Source: Thermoplasmata archaeon (GTDB lineage: Archaea; Thermoplasmatota; Thermoplasmata; Lutacidiplasmatales; UBA184). From it: DNA of 64,000 nucleotides. Position numbers and translations under genes: made by a program. The notes under the pieces are model-generated. The model searched no databases. It was not told where the DNA came from and saw nothing but the letters and a program-made list of their open reading frames with translations. Shown in pieces: positions 27,399 to 35,300 of this stretch. Within the stretch, counting starts at the first letter, position 1. Each line of letters opens with the position of its first letter. The DNA lies in contig DATGZO010000007.1 in assembly GCA_035297105.1 (NCBI GenBank), forward strand, positions 18,593-82,592. The letters are read 5' to 3'.

Positions 27399-27433
27399 GG
27401 CGGTCTGAATACGTATTAATACGTAGAACCGCC
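27399..27433. promoter_or_regulatory. Perfect 16-bp AT-rich palindrome TACGTATTAATACGTA (27410-27425) flanked by GGCGGT/ACCGCC arms; probable TATA box plus operator
   Basis: Palindrome verified base by base. It is centred about 44 nt upstream of ATG 27462, and GAGGT lies 7 nt before that ATG. It is the most AT-rich patch I saw in the window. Confidence 0.45.
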
Positions 27434-27461
27434 ATTCCATGGTTACCTCTCGAGGTCCTCT

Positions 27462-28103
27462 ATGATTCGACCAATCCCCCGGAAGACGGTGTACGCGGCG
27501 ACGCTGATCACGCTCCTGGCCCTCGCGGGGGGTTGGACCCTCGCCGCGGGAACCACCTCGGTCACGGGACCCGCCCAAACCTCGAGCATCACGGTCACGG
27601 CTCCCACCGGCTTTGTGACGGCGACGGTCCAATCGACCCAGCTCATGACCGTCTCGACCGTGTTGATCTCCGCCCTGAATGGACCTGCGGGCGTTCAGAC
27701 GGGCGGGGGCAACGGACTCAACGGCAAGGCGACCACCGCCATCCTCGCGACGTGCACCGTGAACTGCGGGGAGAACTTCTCGGCCGTCGACACTTCGAAC
27801 ACGCTCGCTCCGTCGGCCGGGCTCGTGCTCGGCGACAGCTCGCTGCAGGTAGTCCTCACCGTCGCCCAGCCGATCAGTCCGGCTACTGGATTTGACGTCC
27901 AAGTGGAGGCCATCTTCACGGTCGGGGTTACAACGGGCTACGCGTTCGGTACCGCCTACTTCGACACCGGTACCAACCTGGCCGGGTCGTTCATCTGGGT
28001 GGGGCTGTACGTGGATCTCGGTACCGCGTCCACCACGATGCCTAGCCTGACCGATGTCGTCGTTACGATGAACGGCTGCCTCGCAGCGACCAGCTGCCCG
28101 TAG
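27462..28103 (+). CDS. Secreted Thr/Gly/Ala-rich protein (signal peptide, unknown function)
   Basis: The N-terminus MIRPIPRKTVYAATLITLLALAGGWTLAAG resembles a signal peptide. The mature part is beta-rich, with Cys pairs (CTVNC, C...C at the C-terminus). A Shine-Dalgarno-like GAGGT lies upstream. Confidence 0.65.
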   Translation: MIRPIPRKTVYAATLITLLALAGGWTLAAGTTSVTGPAQTSSITVTAPTGFVTATVQSTQLMTVSTVLISALNGPAGVQTGGGNGLNGKATTAILATCTVNCGENFSAVDTSNTLAPSAGLVLGDSSLQVVLTVAQPISPATGFDVQVEAIFTVGVTTGYAFGTAYFDTGTNLAGSFIWVGLYVDLGTASTTMPSLTDVVVTMNGCLAATSCP

Positions 28104-28188
28104 GGTCACGGACGACTCGAAGTTCAACCCTTTCCGGCCTCACCCGGGCCCTCGTGGAAGGCCCCTACCCTCTCGTTGCGACGCTCTT

Positions 28189-28554
28189 CTATCTCGTCTC
28201 GACGATGTAGAGCAGGCCGGCGATCAGGACGAAGATCGCTCCCAGGAGGCCGAGGATCGTATTCGCGAACCCCAGCAGCAGGAGACCCAGGAGGGCGAGG
28301 ACCACCAGGACGACCCCGGAAGCCAGGGCCCGCTCGCGCCGGTGCGCTCTACCGAGGAACACGAATCCCGCGAGAACGACTCCGAGGACCACGAACAGGA
28401 CCGAGGCGGTGAAGGCGCCCAACGCGACAAGGGGGTGTCCGATGGCCAGGAAGAACGCGCTCCGAACGAAATCGATGAAGCCCTCGAGCACGATCAGGAA
28501 CGACCCGAGAAGTCCGAATAGGAACCCGACCGACCGGTTGCGGTATCCGCTCAT
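28189..28554 (-). CDS. Small integral membrane protein (4 predicted TM helices)
   Basis: 121 aa, almost entirely hydrophobic helices (FLFGLLGSFLIVL, LVALGAFTASVLFVVLGVVLAGFVFL, GVVLVVLALLGLLLLGF, LLGAIFVLIAGLLYIV). Confidence 0.7.
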   Translation of the reverse strand: MSGYRNRSVGFLFGLLGSFLIVLEGFIDFVRSAFFLAIGHPLVALGAFTASVLFVVLGVVLAGFVFLGRAHRRERALASGVVLVVLALLGLLLLGFANTILGLLGAIFVLIAGLLYIVETR

Positions 28555-28672
28555 CGTGCCCCGACTCGACCCACGGGCCGAGGTCGGAGCGAGTCTCCGT
28601 CTTCCTTAGCGTTGCCGACCGGGTCGGGCGGGAACGGGAAGGCCTAAGTCCCGGGTCGTATCCGCGGGGCCG

Positions 28673-29374
28673 ATGCGCCGGTCGAGCGGAGAACCCGCCC
28701 AGCGAAAGGAATTCGACCGGGAGGCCTCCGGGTACGATCGGACCGCGTCGGCGTCGATGCCGGCGTACACCGACCTGCACCGCACGCTGTTGGGCGGCAT
28801 CCCCTACGTGCCCACCCGGGCCTTCAACGTCCTGGAACTGGGCGTGGGAACCGGAACGCTCTCGGCCCTCTTGCTGTCCCAGTTTCCCCACGCTCGCGTG
28901 ACCGGGATCGACCTCTCCCCTCGAATGATCGCCCTGGCCCGTCGCAAGCTGAAGGGCTTCGGCCACCGGGTCGAGTTGGTGGCCGGCCCGCTCGAGGAGT
29001 TCGAGGAGCGGCCGTACGATGTCGTGGTCTCCGCGCTCGCGATCCACCATTTGAGCGACGCCGAGAAGTGGCGACTGTTCCGACGGGTCTATCGCATCCT
29101 CCCTCTCGGGGGCTACCTGGGGGACGCGGACGACCACCTCCCCGAGGATCCCATCTTCGACCAGCGCTACGCGCAGATCGCCTCGTCCCAGCCGGGTCCC
29201 GCTCGGGCCGGCCGGCGGTGGACGAACCTCCAAGAGGTCTGGCATGAGCACGAGCGGTTCGACCATCCGTGCACGCTCGCGGCCGAGACCGCCGCACTCG
29301 ACCGCGCCGGGTTCGCCCACGTCGGGGTCCCGTGGCGGTTCTTCGGCCAAGCGGTGGTCTGGGCCTACAAGTAA
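28673..29374 (+). CDS. Class I SAM-dependent methyltransferase
   Basis: Motif I is VLELGVGTGTLS, followed by post-I GIDLSPRM and later VVSALAIHHL. Confidence 0.85.
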   Translation: MRRSSGEPAQRKEFDREASGYDRTASASMPAYTDLHRTLLGGIPYVPTRAFNVLELGVGTGTLSALLLSQFPHARVTGIDLSPRMIALARRKLKGFGHRVELVAGPLEEFEERPYDVVVSALAIHHLSDAEKWRLFRRVYRILPLGGYLGDADDHLPEDPIFDQRYAQIASSQPGPARAGRRWTNLQEVWHEHERFDHPCTLAAETAALDRAGFAHVGVPWRFFGQAVVWAYK

Positions 29375-29409
29375 TTCTCCCCGGCGCCTCGCCCTACGTC
29401 GGAGCCGCG

Positions 29410-29655
29410 GTGCTGCGCGAGACGACCTTCTGGGTCGGTGGGGCCCTTACGATCGGGTTGGGGGGCCTCCTCGCGGCCGGGCTGATCTGGGCCGGCGCGG
29501 GCTGGGACTTCGTCAACGCGTACCTGGCGGCCGTTCTCGCGGTGGGATTCGGAGTGGGGTTCATGCTGGTCGGACGGTCGGAGGGCCAGGAGCGCCGACG
29601 CGTCCTCGCGGAGGCGGAGCGCACGGGCGTTCGCGCCGGTGAAGAGCTCCGCTGA
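29410..29655 (+). CDS. Possible small membrane protein (2 TM)
   Basis: GTG at 29410 lies in frame within the listed ORF 29269..29655. The translation VLRETTFWVGGALTIGLGGLLAAGLIWAGAGWDFVNAYLAAVLAVGFGVGFMLVG contains two hydrophobic helices. The start is uncertain. Confidence 0.4.
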   Translation: MLRETTFWVGGALTIGLGGLLAAGLIWAGAGWDFVNAYLAAVLAVGFGVGFMLVGRSEGQERRRVLAEAERTGVRAGEELR

Positions 29656-29688
29656 CTTCGAGTGGCGAGGGCGGGCACCGGCTCCACG

Positions 29689-29703
29689 GAAACCTTTTCT
29701 TGA
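29689..29703 (+). promoter_or_regulatory. TATA-like element (GAAACCTTTTCTTGA) upstream of tRNA-His
   Basis: AT/T-rich patch 23-37 nt upstream of the predicted tRNA 5' end at 29726. Confidence 0.35.
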
Positions 29704-29725
29704 GGGCGCACCGTCCTCCCCTCGT

Positions 29726-29833
29726 GGCCGGGATGGGGTAGCTTGGCCTATCCTGGGGGACTGTGGATCCCTCGACCCGGGTTCAAAGTGGAGCGGGGCT
29801 CACCCCCGCGCCATGAGACTCTCGGTCCCGGCC
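29726..29833 (+). tRNA. tRNA-His (anticodon GTG) with encoded G-1 and a putative ~32-nt intron in the T-loop
   Basis: Hand fold:
- G-1 at 29726; acceptor GCCGGGA (29727-33) pairs with TCCCGGC (29826-32); discriminator C73 at 29833 can pair with G-1.
- T8, A14, G18G19 and A21 are present.
- Anticodon stem GGGGA/TCCCT with loop CTGTGGA.
- T-stem CCGGG (29777-81) pairs with CTCGG (29821-25).
- The T-loop TTCAAA...T is interrupted by 29788-29819.

No CCA is encoded. Confidence 0.75.
29788..29819 (+). other. Putative tRNA-His intron (T-loop, about position 59/60; exact boundaries +/-1-2 nt)
   Basis: Removing this segment restores a 7-nt TTCAAAT T-loop. The insert has its own GC hairpin (GCGGGG-loop-CCCCGC) flanked by GTGG/CCAT pairing. 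Confidence 0.55.
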
Positions 29834-30709
29834 CTACGGGCGTCGGCGCGGGCGGGCGTGCCCGCTGGGCCCGGCTGGCGGCCGCGCCACCAATCTCGGG
29901 AGGACCTCGGGGAGCGTGGCCAAGGCGTAATCGGACCAGACCGCCCCCCACTGCTTCAAGTCCCGCGGGGTCAGGGTCCATCCCCGGAATCGGGAGGCCC
30001 GGCCGAGCGCGAGAACCCCGGGCACCGACCGTGCGGCCTCCATGTCGAACCGTGAATCGCCGACCATGAACATCGGACGGTCCGGGAACCGCCTACGGAA
30101 CTCCGCCAGATGCTCGCGCTTCGTCCCCTCGGCGGATCCGAGAACTTCCTCGAACCAGAATCGTAACCCCTCCCGCTCGAGAAGCAGGTCCGCCATCTCG
30201 GTCTCCGCGCCCGTGGACACGACGAGGGTCCATCGTTCCTGTTCGAGCCGTTTGAGCAGTTTCGGGATCTCGGGAAACGGTTCCGCCTTCGCGTACGCTT
30301 CCGTCACCTTCCGTTCGTGGAAGGTGCGAGCGGCGGACGCCCGCAGCGCGGGAGCCGCAGTGGGGTAGAGCTGGGAGAGCTGCGCCTCGAAGGGCATTCC
30401 CGTTGTCGCGAGATAGTGGATCCGGCCCTCGTCCACGGGGGTTCCGAACGATTTCTCGAGCACGTCCGCCGCGACCGTGCTGATGAGACTGAGGTCGTCG
30501 AGGATCGTGCCGTCCAGGTCGAACACGACGACGCCGCGTTCGACCAGGCGGGGCGGAACCTCGGGCCGGGGCGCCTGCACCTGCCTTCCGACCTCGGCGA
30601 ACTGGCTCGTCGATAGGAGCGCGGTGACTTCTTGAACCGGTGACGGAGCCGTCGGGGAACCCGTCGGGGTCCCGGTGGGGTGATCCACCGGCGGCGTGCG
30701 AGGAGCCAT
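29834..30709 (-). CDS. HAD-superfamily hydrolase (phosphatase-like)
   Basis: Has HAD motif I VVVFDLDGTILDD, motif II VVSTGA and motif IV MVGDSRFDMEAA. I chose the internal ATG at 30709 (MAPRTPP...). The longer listed ORF, open to 31006, would overlap the coaBC gene. Confidence 0.8.
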   Translation of the reverse strand: MAPRTPPVDHPTGTPTGSPTAPSPVQEVTALLSTSQFAEVGRQVQAPRPEVPPRLVERGVVVFDLDGTILDDLSLISTVAADVLEKSFGTPVDEGRIHYLATTGMPFEAQLSQLYPTAAPALRASAARTFHERKVTEAYAKAEPFPEIPKLLKRLEQERWTLVVSTGAETEMADLLLEREGLRFWFEEVLGSAEGTKREHLAEFRRRFPDRPMFMVGDSRFDMEAARSVPGVLALGRASRFRGWTLTPRDLKQWGAVWSDYALATLPEVLPRLVARPPAGPSGHARPRRRP

Positions 30710-30803
30710 GGCACCGCCGAACGATGACCCCTCTTTAAGCCGCTGACGGGGGAGGCCGGGTCGGGCTAATAGGGGCCGAGAGGCGTACTCTGCCCGAGGA
30801 GCG

Positions 30804-32111
30804 ATGCATCCGAGCCGATCCATTCGAGGTCGCACGACCCACCTTCTCGAGGGCCGGCATGTCCTCGTAGGGGTTTCGGGGTCGATCGCCGCCGTGGAGG
30901 TTCCCAAGATCATCCGTGAGCTCCTTCGGCACGGCGCGGAAGTGGACGCGGTCATGAGCCCCGAGTCCACCCGGATCATCTCACCGGAGGCGATCCATTT
31001 CGCCACGGGACGCGCTCCGATCCTTCAGCTGACCGGGAATGTCGAGCACGTGACCCTCGTGGGGCCGGGCGAGGGGCGCGTCGACCTCTACCTCATCGCG
31101 CCCGCAACCGCGAACACCCTGTCCAAGATCGCCCACGGGATCGACGACACGGCCGTGACGTCGTGCGCCTCGGTCGCTCTCGGCGGAGGCGTGCCCATGC
31201 TCCTGGCCCCGGCGATGCACGCCCACATGGGCCTGAATCCGGCGATCCGCGAGAACCTCGAACGTCTCCGGTCGTGGGGGGTCGGCATCATCGCGGGCGC
31301 GGCCGTCGAGGGGGAGGAGAAGATCGCCTCGCCGGAGGAGGTCGCGGCCGCGGTCCTCCACCGGCTGGCCGTCGGCCCCTGGGTCGGACGTCGTGTGGTC
31401 GTGATCGGCGGCGCCGCACGCGAGTCGATCGATTCGGTCCGTTCCGTGACCAACGAGAGCTCGGGCGGCACGGCGATCGCGCTCGCCAACCAGGCCTACT
31501 ACCGGGGCGCGGAGGTCGAACTGTGGGCGGGAGCGCTCCAGACCCCCGTTCCCAGCTGGATACCGGTCGTGCCGTGGCGGAGCGTGGAGGACCTTCGCCT
31601 CCTCGCCCGCCACCGCAAGGCCTCCCTGCACGGCGCCGGGGCGGTCCTCGTACCGGCCGCGCTGTCGGACTTCACGCTGGACCCCCACCGGGGGAAGATC
31701 GCCTCGCGCGATCATGCGACCCTCACCCTGACCCTGCGACGGGCTCCGAAGATCCTTCCCGAGCTGCGCCGACTGGCCCCGGCCCCGACCCGACTCGTCG
31801 CGTTCAAGCTCGAGGCGGGACTCTCGGCGGAGGCCCTCCAGCGGGAAGGGGAACGACTGCGCGACGAAACCGGGGCGGATTGGGTCGTCGCCAACGACGC
31901 GACCGCGATGGGGAGCCCGACGACCGAGGTGCTCGTGCTCTCGCGCTCGAGGCCCCGCCACTGGATCCGGGGCGCAAAGGCCGACGTCGCGGGGAAGCTC
32001 TTGGATGATCTCGGACGGGAGGTCGGGAACCTGGCCGGGCCGGTCGAGGCCCCCCCCGACGCGGCGGACCCGCACCGCCGGCGATCCCGTCGACGGTCTA
32101 GAGCGCGTTGA
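30804..32111 (+). CDS. coaBC: Bifunctional phosphopantothenoylcysteine decarboxylase / phosphopantothenate-cysteine ligase
   Basis: The N-terminal flavoprotein domain shows VGVSGSIAAVEVPKIIREL and PATANTLSKIAHGIDD. The C-terminal CoaB domain shows NESSGGTAIALA and VANDA. Confidence 0.9.
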   Translation: MHPSRSIRGRTTHLLEGRHVLVGVSGSIAAVEVPKIIRELLRHGAEVDAVMSPESTRIISPEAIHFATGRAPILQLTGNVEHVTLVGPGEGRVDLYLIAPATANTLSKIAHGIDDTAVTSCASVALGGGVPMLLAPAMHAHMGLNPAIRENLERLRSWGVGIIAGAAVEGEEKIASPEEVAAAVLHRLAVGPWVGRRVVVIGGAARESIDSVRSVTNESSGGTAIALANQAYYRGAEVELWAGALQTPVPSWIPVVPWRSVEDLRLLARHRKASLHGAGAVLVPAALSDFTLDPHRGKIASRDHATLTLTLRRAPKILPELRRLAPAPTRLVAFKLEAGLSAEALQREGERLRDETGADWVVANDATAMGSPTTEVLVLSRSRPRHWIRGAKADVAGKLLDDLGREVGNLAGPVEAPPDAADPHRRRSRRRSRAR

Positions 32112-32856
32112 CGAGGAAGCCGATCAGGAACCCGGCCAGGAGGCCGACGTACGTGAGCCGTTGCTTGAGATACGTCCCGGCGGGCGTGTCCGCGGGCCGG
32201 AAGGCGGACCGGAGCATCGGGAGGATGACGTAGAGAATCGCCCCGATCGCGAGGGCGTCGAACGTCACGTCCAAGAACGTGCTGTTGTAGAAGTACCCCA
32301 CGACGCTCCCGATGACCGTCGGGATTCCTCCCACGAAAAAGAGGGCGATCAGTACGCCCACGGCTCGCTCGTTCTTCCCGATCAGCGGAGCGGCGATGGG
32401 AAAGCCCTCGGTCACGTTCTGCAGGAAGAACCCGAGGAAGATGACGGCCCAGAGCCCGACGAGGCCGACGGCCCAAGTCGCCCCGAAGACGAGACCCTCG
32501 GTCAGGTTCTGGAAACCGATCGCGCCGGCGACCACGAAGGCCAGGGCGCGCGGGCTGAGCGCGCTCCCTTCCGACCGATGCTCGGAAAAGAAGAGCAGGA
32601 GGAAACAGGCCGCCACCGCGACGACGAACACCGTCGCATACGCCCAGTTCGCCACGTACGAACCCGTCGGATAGATGATGGCCGCCGCGTTGGAGAAGAC
32701 GTCGGCGAGAAGGAAGACCAGGATCCCGATGGCGATGGCGGTCAGCGAGATGACGGTCCGAGAGCGGAACGATTTGGCGAGAACGATCGGCAGGGAGAGG
32801 TAGATGGAGAAGCCCATCACCGCCGAAAGCGCGACCAGGCCCAGGAAATTCGCCAC
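32098..32856 (-). CDS. ZIP-family (GufA/ZupT-like) metal transporter
   Basis: Multi-TM protein with the paired motifs FQNLTEGLVFG and LQNVTEGFPIA, related to the ZIP HNxxEG signature. I chose the GTG at 32856 because a TATA-like TCTTAAGTA (minus strand, 32883-32891) lies about 30 nt upstream. The listed ORF is open to 32925. Confidence 0.7.
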   Translation of the reverse strand: MANFLGLVALSAVMGFSIYLSLPIVLAKSFRSRTVISLTAIAIGILVFLLADVFSNAAAIIYPTGSYVANWAYATVFVVAVAACFLLLFFSEHRSEGSALSPRALAFVVAGAIGFQNLTEGLVFGATWAVGLVGLWAVIFLGFFLQNVTEGFPIAAPLIGKNERAVGVLIALFFVGGIPTVIGSVVGYFYNSTFLDVTFDALAIGAILYVILPMLRSAFRPADTPAGTYLKQRLTYVGLLAGFLIGFLVNAL

Positions 32857-33018
32857 GGTCGGAGGCGACCTTATCGGCCACCTACTTAAGACTCCCCGTG
32901 AAAGCATTCCGAGAGGAAAACGCATCCTCCTTCCGTTCGAGAACGAGGACGTGCGCGGTGGAGCGTTCGCTCACCGCCGCCCTTAAGAGATAGCCGGCTT
33001 CCGCGCACGGAGGTCTCC

Positions 33019-34152
33019 ATGGTCAAGCTGGCCGAGTGGCGGGGGAAGGAAGTGTTCCGCAAGTACGGCGTGCCCCTCCCGAAGGGGCACGTCGCCCGCT
33101 CCGCGGCCGAGGCCGAGACGCTGACCCGGGACGGGACGGTCCCCCTCCCGTGTGTGATCAAGGCCCAGGTGCTCGCCGGTGGCCGGGGAAAGGGCGGTGC
33201 GGTCAAGTTCGCCACGACCCCCGTCGAGGCCCGCACGGCCGCCGAGGCGATCTTGGGCCTCGAGTTCAAGGGGGAGCGGGTCAAGGAGATCCTCCTCGAG
33301 GAGAAGCTGAACCTTTCGAAGGAGCTCTACGTCTCGCTCGCGCTCGACCGGGCCCGGCGACTGCCCGTGCTCATCACCAGCGCCCAAGGCGGGGTCGAGA
33401 TCGAGTCGGTCGTCGGCTCGGCGATCGACCACCAGCCGATCGACCCGTTCCCCGGCTTGACCGGTTACCAGAAGCGGAGGGCCGCCCAGGTCCTCGGACT
33501 CTCCGGAGGACCGGCCCGCTCGCTGGACCGCCTGCTCGACTCGCTGTGGAACGCCTTCGTCGGTGAGGACGCGGAACTCGTCGAGATGAATCCGCTCGCC
33601 GTCGTCGGGGACGGGCTCGTGGCCCTGGACGCGAAGGTCATCATCGAGGACGATGCCGCGTTCCGACACCCGGAATACGCGGAGATCCGAGACGACCGGA
33701 CCCCTCTCGAGGAGATCGCCCGCGAGAAGGAGATCGCCTTCGTCCAGCTGGACGGGAACATCGGCGTGATCGCGAACGGAGCGGGCCTGACGATGGCGAC
33801 CCTGGACGTACTGAAGGAGTTCGGAGGGAATCCGGGCGTCTTCCTCGACCTCGGGGGCACGGACGACCCGAAGAAGGTCACCGAGGCGTTCCTCCTGATG
33901 GCCCAGGCGCACCCCAAGGCGGTGTTCCTCAACATCTTCGGCGGCGTGACGCGCTGCGACACGGTCGCGAGGGGCCTCGTGGAGGCCATGCGCCAGGTCC
34001 CGGCCGCCGAGCGGTTCCCGCTCGTCGCGCGGATCCGGGGCAACAACGAGAACGAGGGGATCGCCATCCTTCGAGCGGCCGGCATCACCTCCATCCCCCA
34101 GCTGAAGGAATCGGCGCAGGCGGTCGTCGCCGCGGCCCAAGGTCCGACATGA
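33019..34152 (+). CDS. sucC: Succinyl-CoA synthetase (ADP-forming) beta subunit
   Basis: ATP-grasp N-terminus (KEVFRKYGVPLPKG, VIKAQVLAGGRGKGG). Also LDGNIGVIANGAGLTMAT and NIFGGVTRCD, which align with the E. coli SucC motifs as I recall them. GGAGGT lies upstream of the ATG. Confidence 0.9.
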   Translation: MVKLAEWRGKEVFRKYGVPLPKGHVARSAAEAETLTRDGTVPLPCVIKAQVLAGGRGKGGAVKFATTPVEARTAAEAILGLEFKGERVKEILLEEKLNLSKELYVSLALDRARRLPVLITSAQGGVEIESVVGSAIDHQPIDPFPGLTGYQKRRAAQVLGLSGGPARSLDRLLDSLWNAFVGEDAELVEMNPLAVVGDGLVALDAKVIIEDDAAFRHPEYAEIRDDRTPLEEIAREKEIAFVQLDGNIGVIANGAGLTMATLDVLKEFGGNPGVFLDLGGTDDPKKVTEAFLLMAQAHPKAVFLNIFGGVTRCDTVARGLVEAMRQVPAAERFPLVARIRGNNENEGIAILRAAGITSIPQLKESAQAVVAAAQGPT

Positions 34153-35033
34153 GCGTCCTCGTCAGCGCAGAGACCAAAGTCGTCGTGCAAGGGATCACGG
34201 GGCACCAGGGGACCGTGCACACCCGCCAGATGAAGGCCTTCGGCACCTCGGTGGTCGCCGGGGTGACCCCCGGCAAAGGGGGCTCGACGGTCGAGGAGAC
34301 CCCGGTCTTTGGCTCGGTGCGCGAAGCGGTCTCGACGACCGGGGCGAACGCCTCCTGCATCTTCGTTCCGGCGCCCTACGCGAAGGACGCCCTCCTCGAG
34401 TCGGTGGATGCGGGGATCCGTCTGTCGGTCATCGTGACCGAGCACATTCCGTTCCACGATATGCTCGTCATGTACCACTACGCCCGGAGCAAGGGCGCGC
34501 GCATCATCGGCCCGAACTGCCCGGGCATTGCGTCTCCCGGCGTGTCCAAGGTCGGGATCATCCCGAACGTCGTGTTCCGTCCCGGTCGGGTGGGGGTCAT
34601 CTCCCGGAGCGGAACGCTGACCTACGAGATCGTGAACGGCATCACGGAGCACGGCCTCGGCGAGTCGACGTGCATAGGGCTCGGTGGGGATCCCGTCGTC
34701 GGCACGTCCTTCGTAGACGCCCTCCCCCTCTTCGAGAAGGATCCGGGCACCGAGGTGCTCGTCCTGGTGGGGGAGATCGGCGGCACGGCTGAGGAGGACG
34801 CGGCCGAGTACATCTCGCACCACTTCACGAAGCCCGTGGTCGCCTACATCGCGGGACGGAGCGCCCCCGAAGGGAAGCGGATGGGCCACGCCGGGGCGAT
34901 CATCGACCGGGGTCGGGGAACCGCCCCGACCAAGGTCGCCGCACTCGAAGCCGCCGGGGCGCGCGTCGCGCGGTTCCCGTACGAGATCCCCGACCTGGTC
35001 GCCGAGATCCTCGCCCGAGGGGCGCGCCGATGA
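34149..35033 (+). CDS. sucD: Succinyl-CoA synthetase alpha subunit
   Basis: VVVQGITGHQG, GPNCPGI, SRSGTLTYE and the phosphohistidine loop GHAGAII are present. The start has an ATGA overlap with sucC. Confidence 0.92.
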   Translation: MSVLVSAETKVVVQGITGHQGTVHTRQMKAFGTSVVAGVTPGKGGSTVEETPVFGSVREAVSTTGANASCIFVPAPYAKDALLESVDAGIRLSVIVTEHIPFHDMLVMYHYARSKGARIIGPNCPGIASPGVSKVGIIPNVVFRPGRVGVISRSGTLTYEIVNGITEHGLGESTCIGLGGDPVVGTSFVDALPLFEKDPGTEVLVLVGEIGGTAEEDAAEYISHHFTKPVVAYIAGRSAPEGKRMGHAGAIIDRGRGTAPTKVAALEAAGARVARFPYEIPDLVAEILARGARR

Positions 35034-35257
35034 GCCCCGATCCCCCCCGCCCTCGCGGCAGCGAGGAGCCGGAGGAGCCCTGCATTGTCCCTGGGTGCGG
35101 CGCCCCCGCGGTCCGGCACCTCGCTCGGGCCGAGGCGCGCAAAGCTTTCACCACCCTCCCCGACCGAGGGCGCCGCGCGCCCCTCTGTCGCGACCACTAT
35201 CGGGAGTGGAAGAAGAGCACGAAGCAGGCGCGGAAACTCGACCGCGTGACCTGGTGA
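35030..35257 (+). CDS. Small conserved-looking Cys/His protein translationally coupled to sucD
   Basis: 75 aa. The ATG overlaps the sucD stop (ATGA). It has a CIVPGCG...LCRDHY (C-x4-C...C-x2-H) arrangement, a basic C-terminus and high third-position GC. Confidence 0.5.
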   Translation: MSPDPPRPRGSEEPEEPCIVPGCGAPAVRHLARAEARKAFTTLPDRGRRAPLCRDHYREWKKSTKQARKLDRVTW

Positions 35258-35281
35258 TCCGGGCGCCGGAAAGGGTTCGGT

Positions 35282-35298
35282 CCTCGGGAGAACCGAGG
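35282..35298. terminator. Hairpin CCTCGG-GAGAA-CCGAGG between convergent genes
   Basis: 6-bp GC stem with a 5-nt loop, located between the stop of the small protein gene (35257) and the stop of rpl41e (35301). Confidence 0.3.
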
Positions 35299-35300
35299 GC

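Noticed and set aside
27462-27560. The N-terminus of the secreted protein, considered as a class III (type IV pilin-like) signal peptide and substrate for the A24 peptidase
   Set aside because: The RKT|VYAATLI context lacks the Gly/Ala at -1 expected for FlaK/PibD-type cleavage. An ordinary Sec-type signal peptide with an AAG|TT site fits better.
28577-28596. GCCGAGGTCGGAGCGAGTCT, which resembles the 5' acceptor (GCCGAGGT) and anticodon-stem (GCGAGTCT) segments of the tRNA-Ser at 61684..61801. I considered it a possible tRNA fragment or att-site remnant.
   Set aside because: Only two short 8-nt matches are present. There is no D-arm, T-arm or 3' half, and no integrase or direct repeat nearby. 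It is most likely chance similarity in a GC-rich promoter region.
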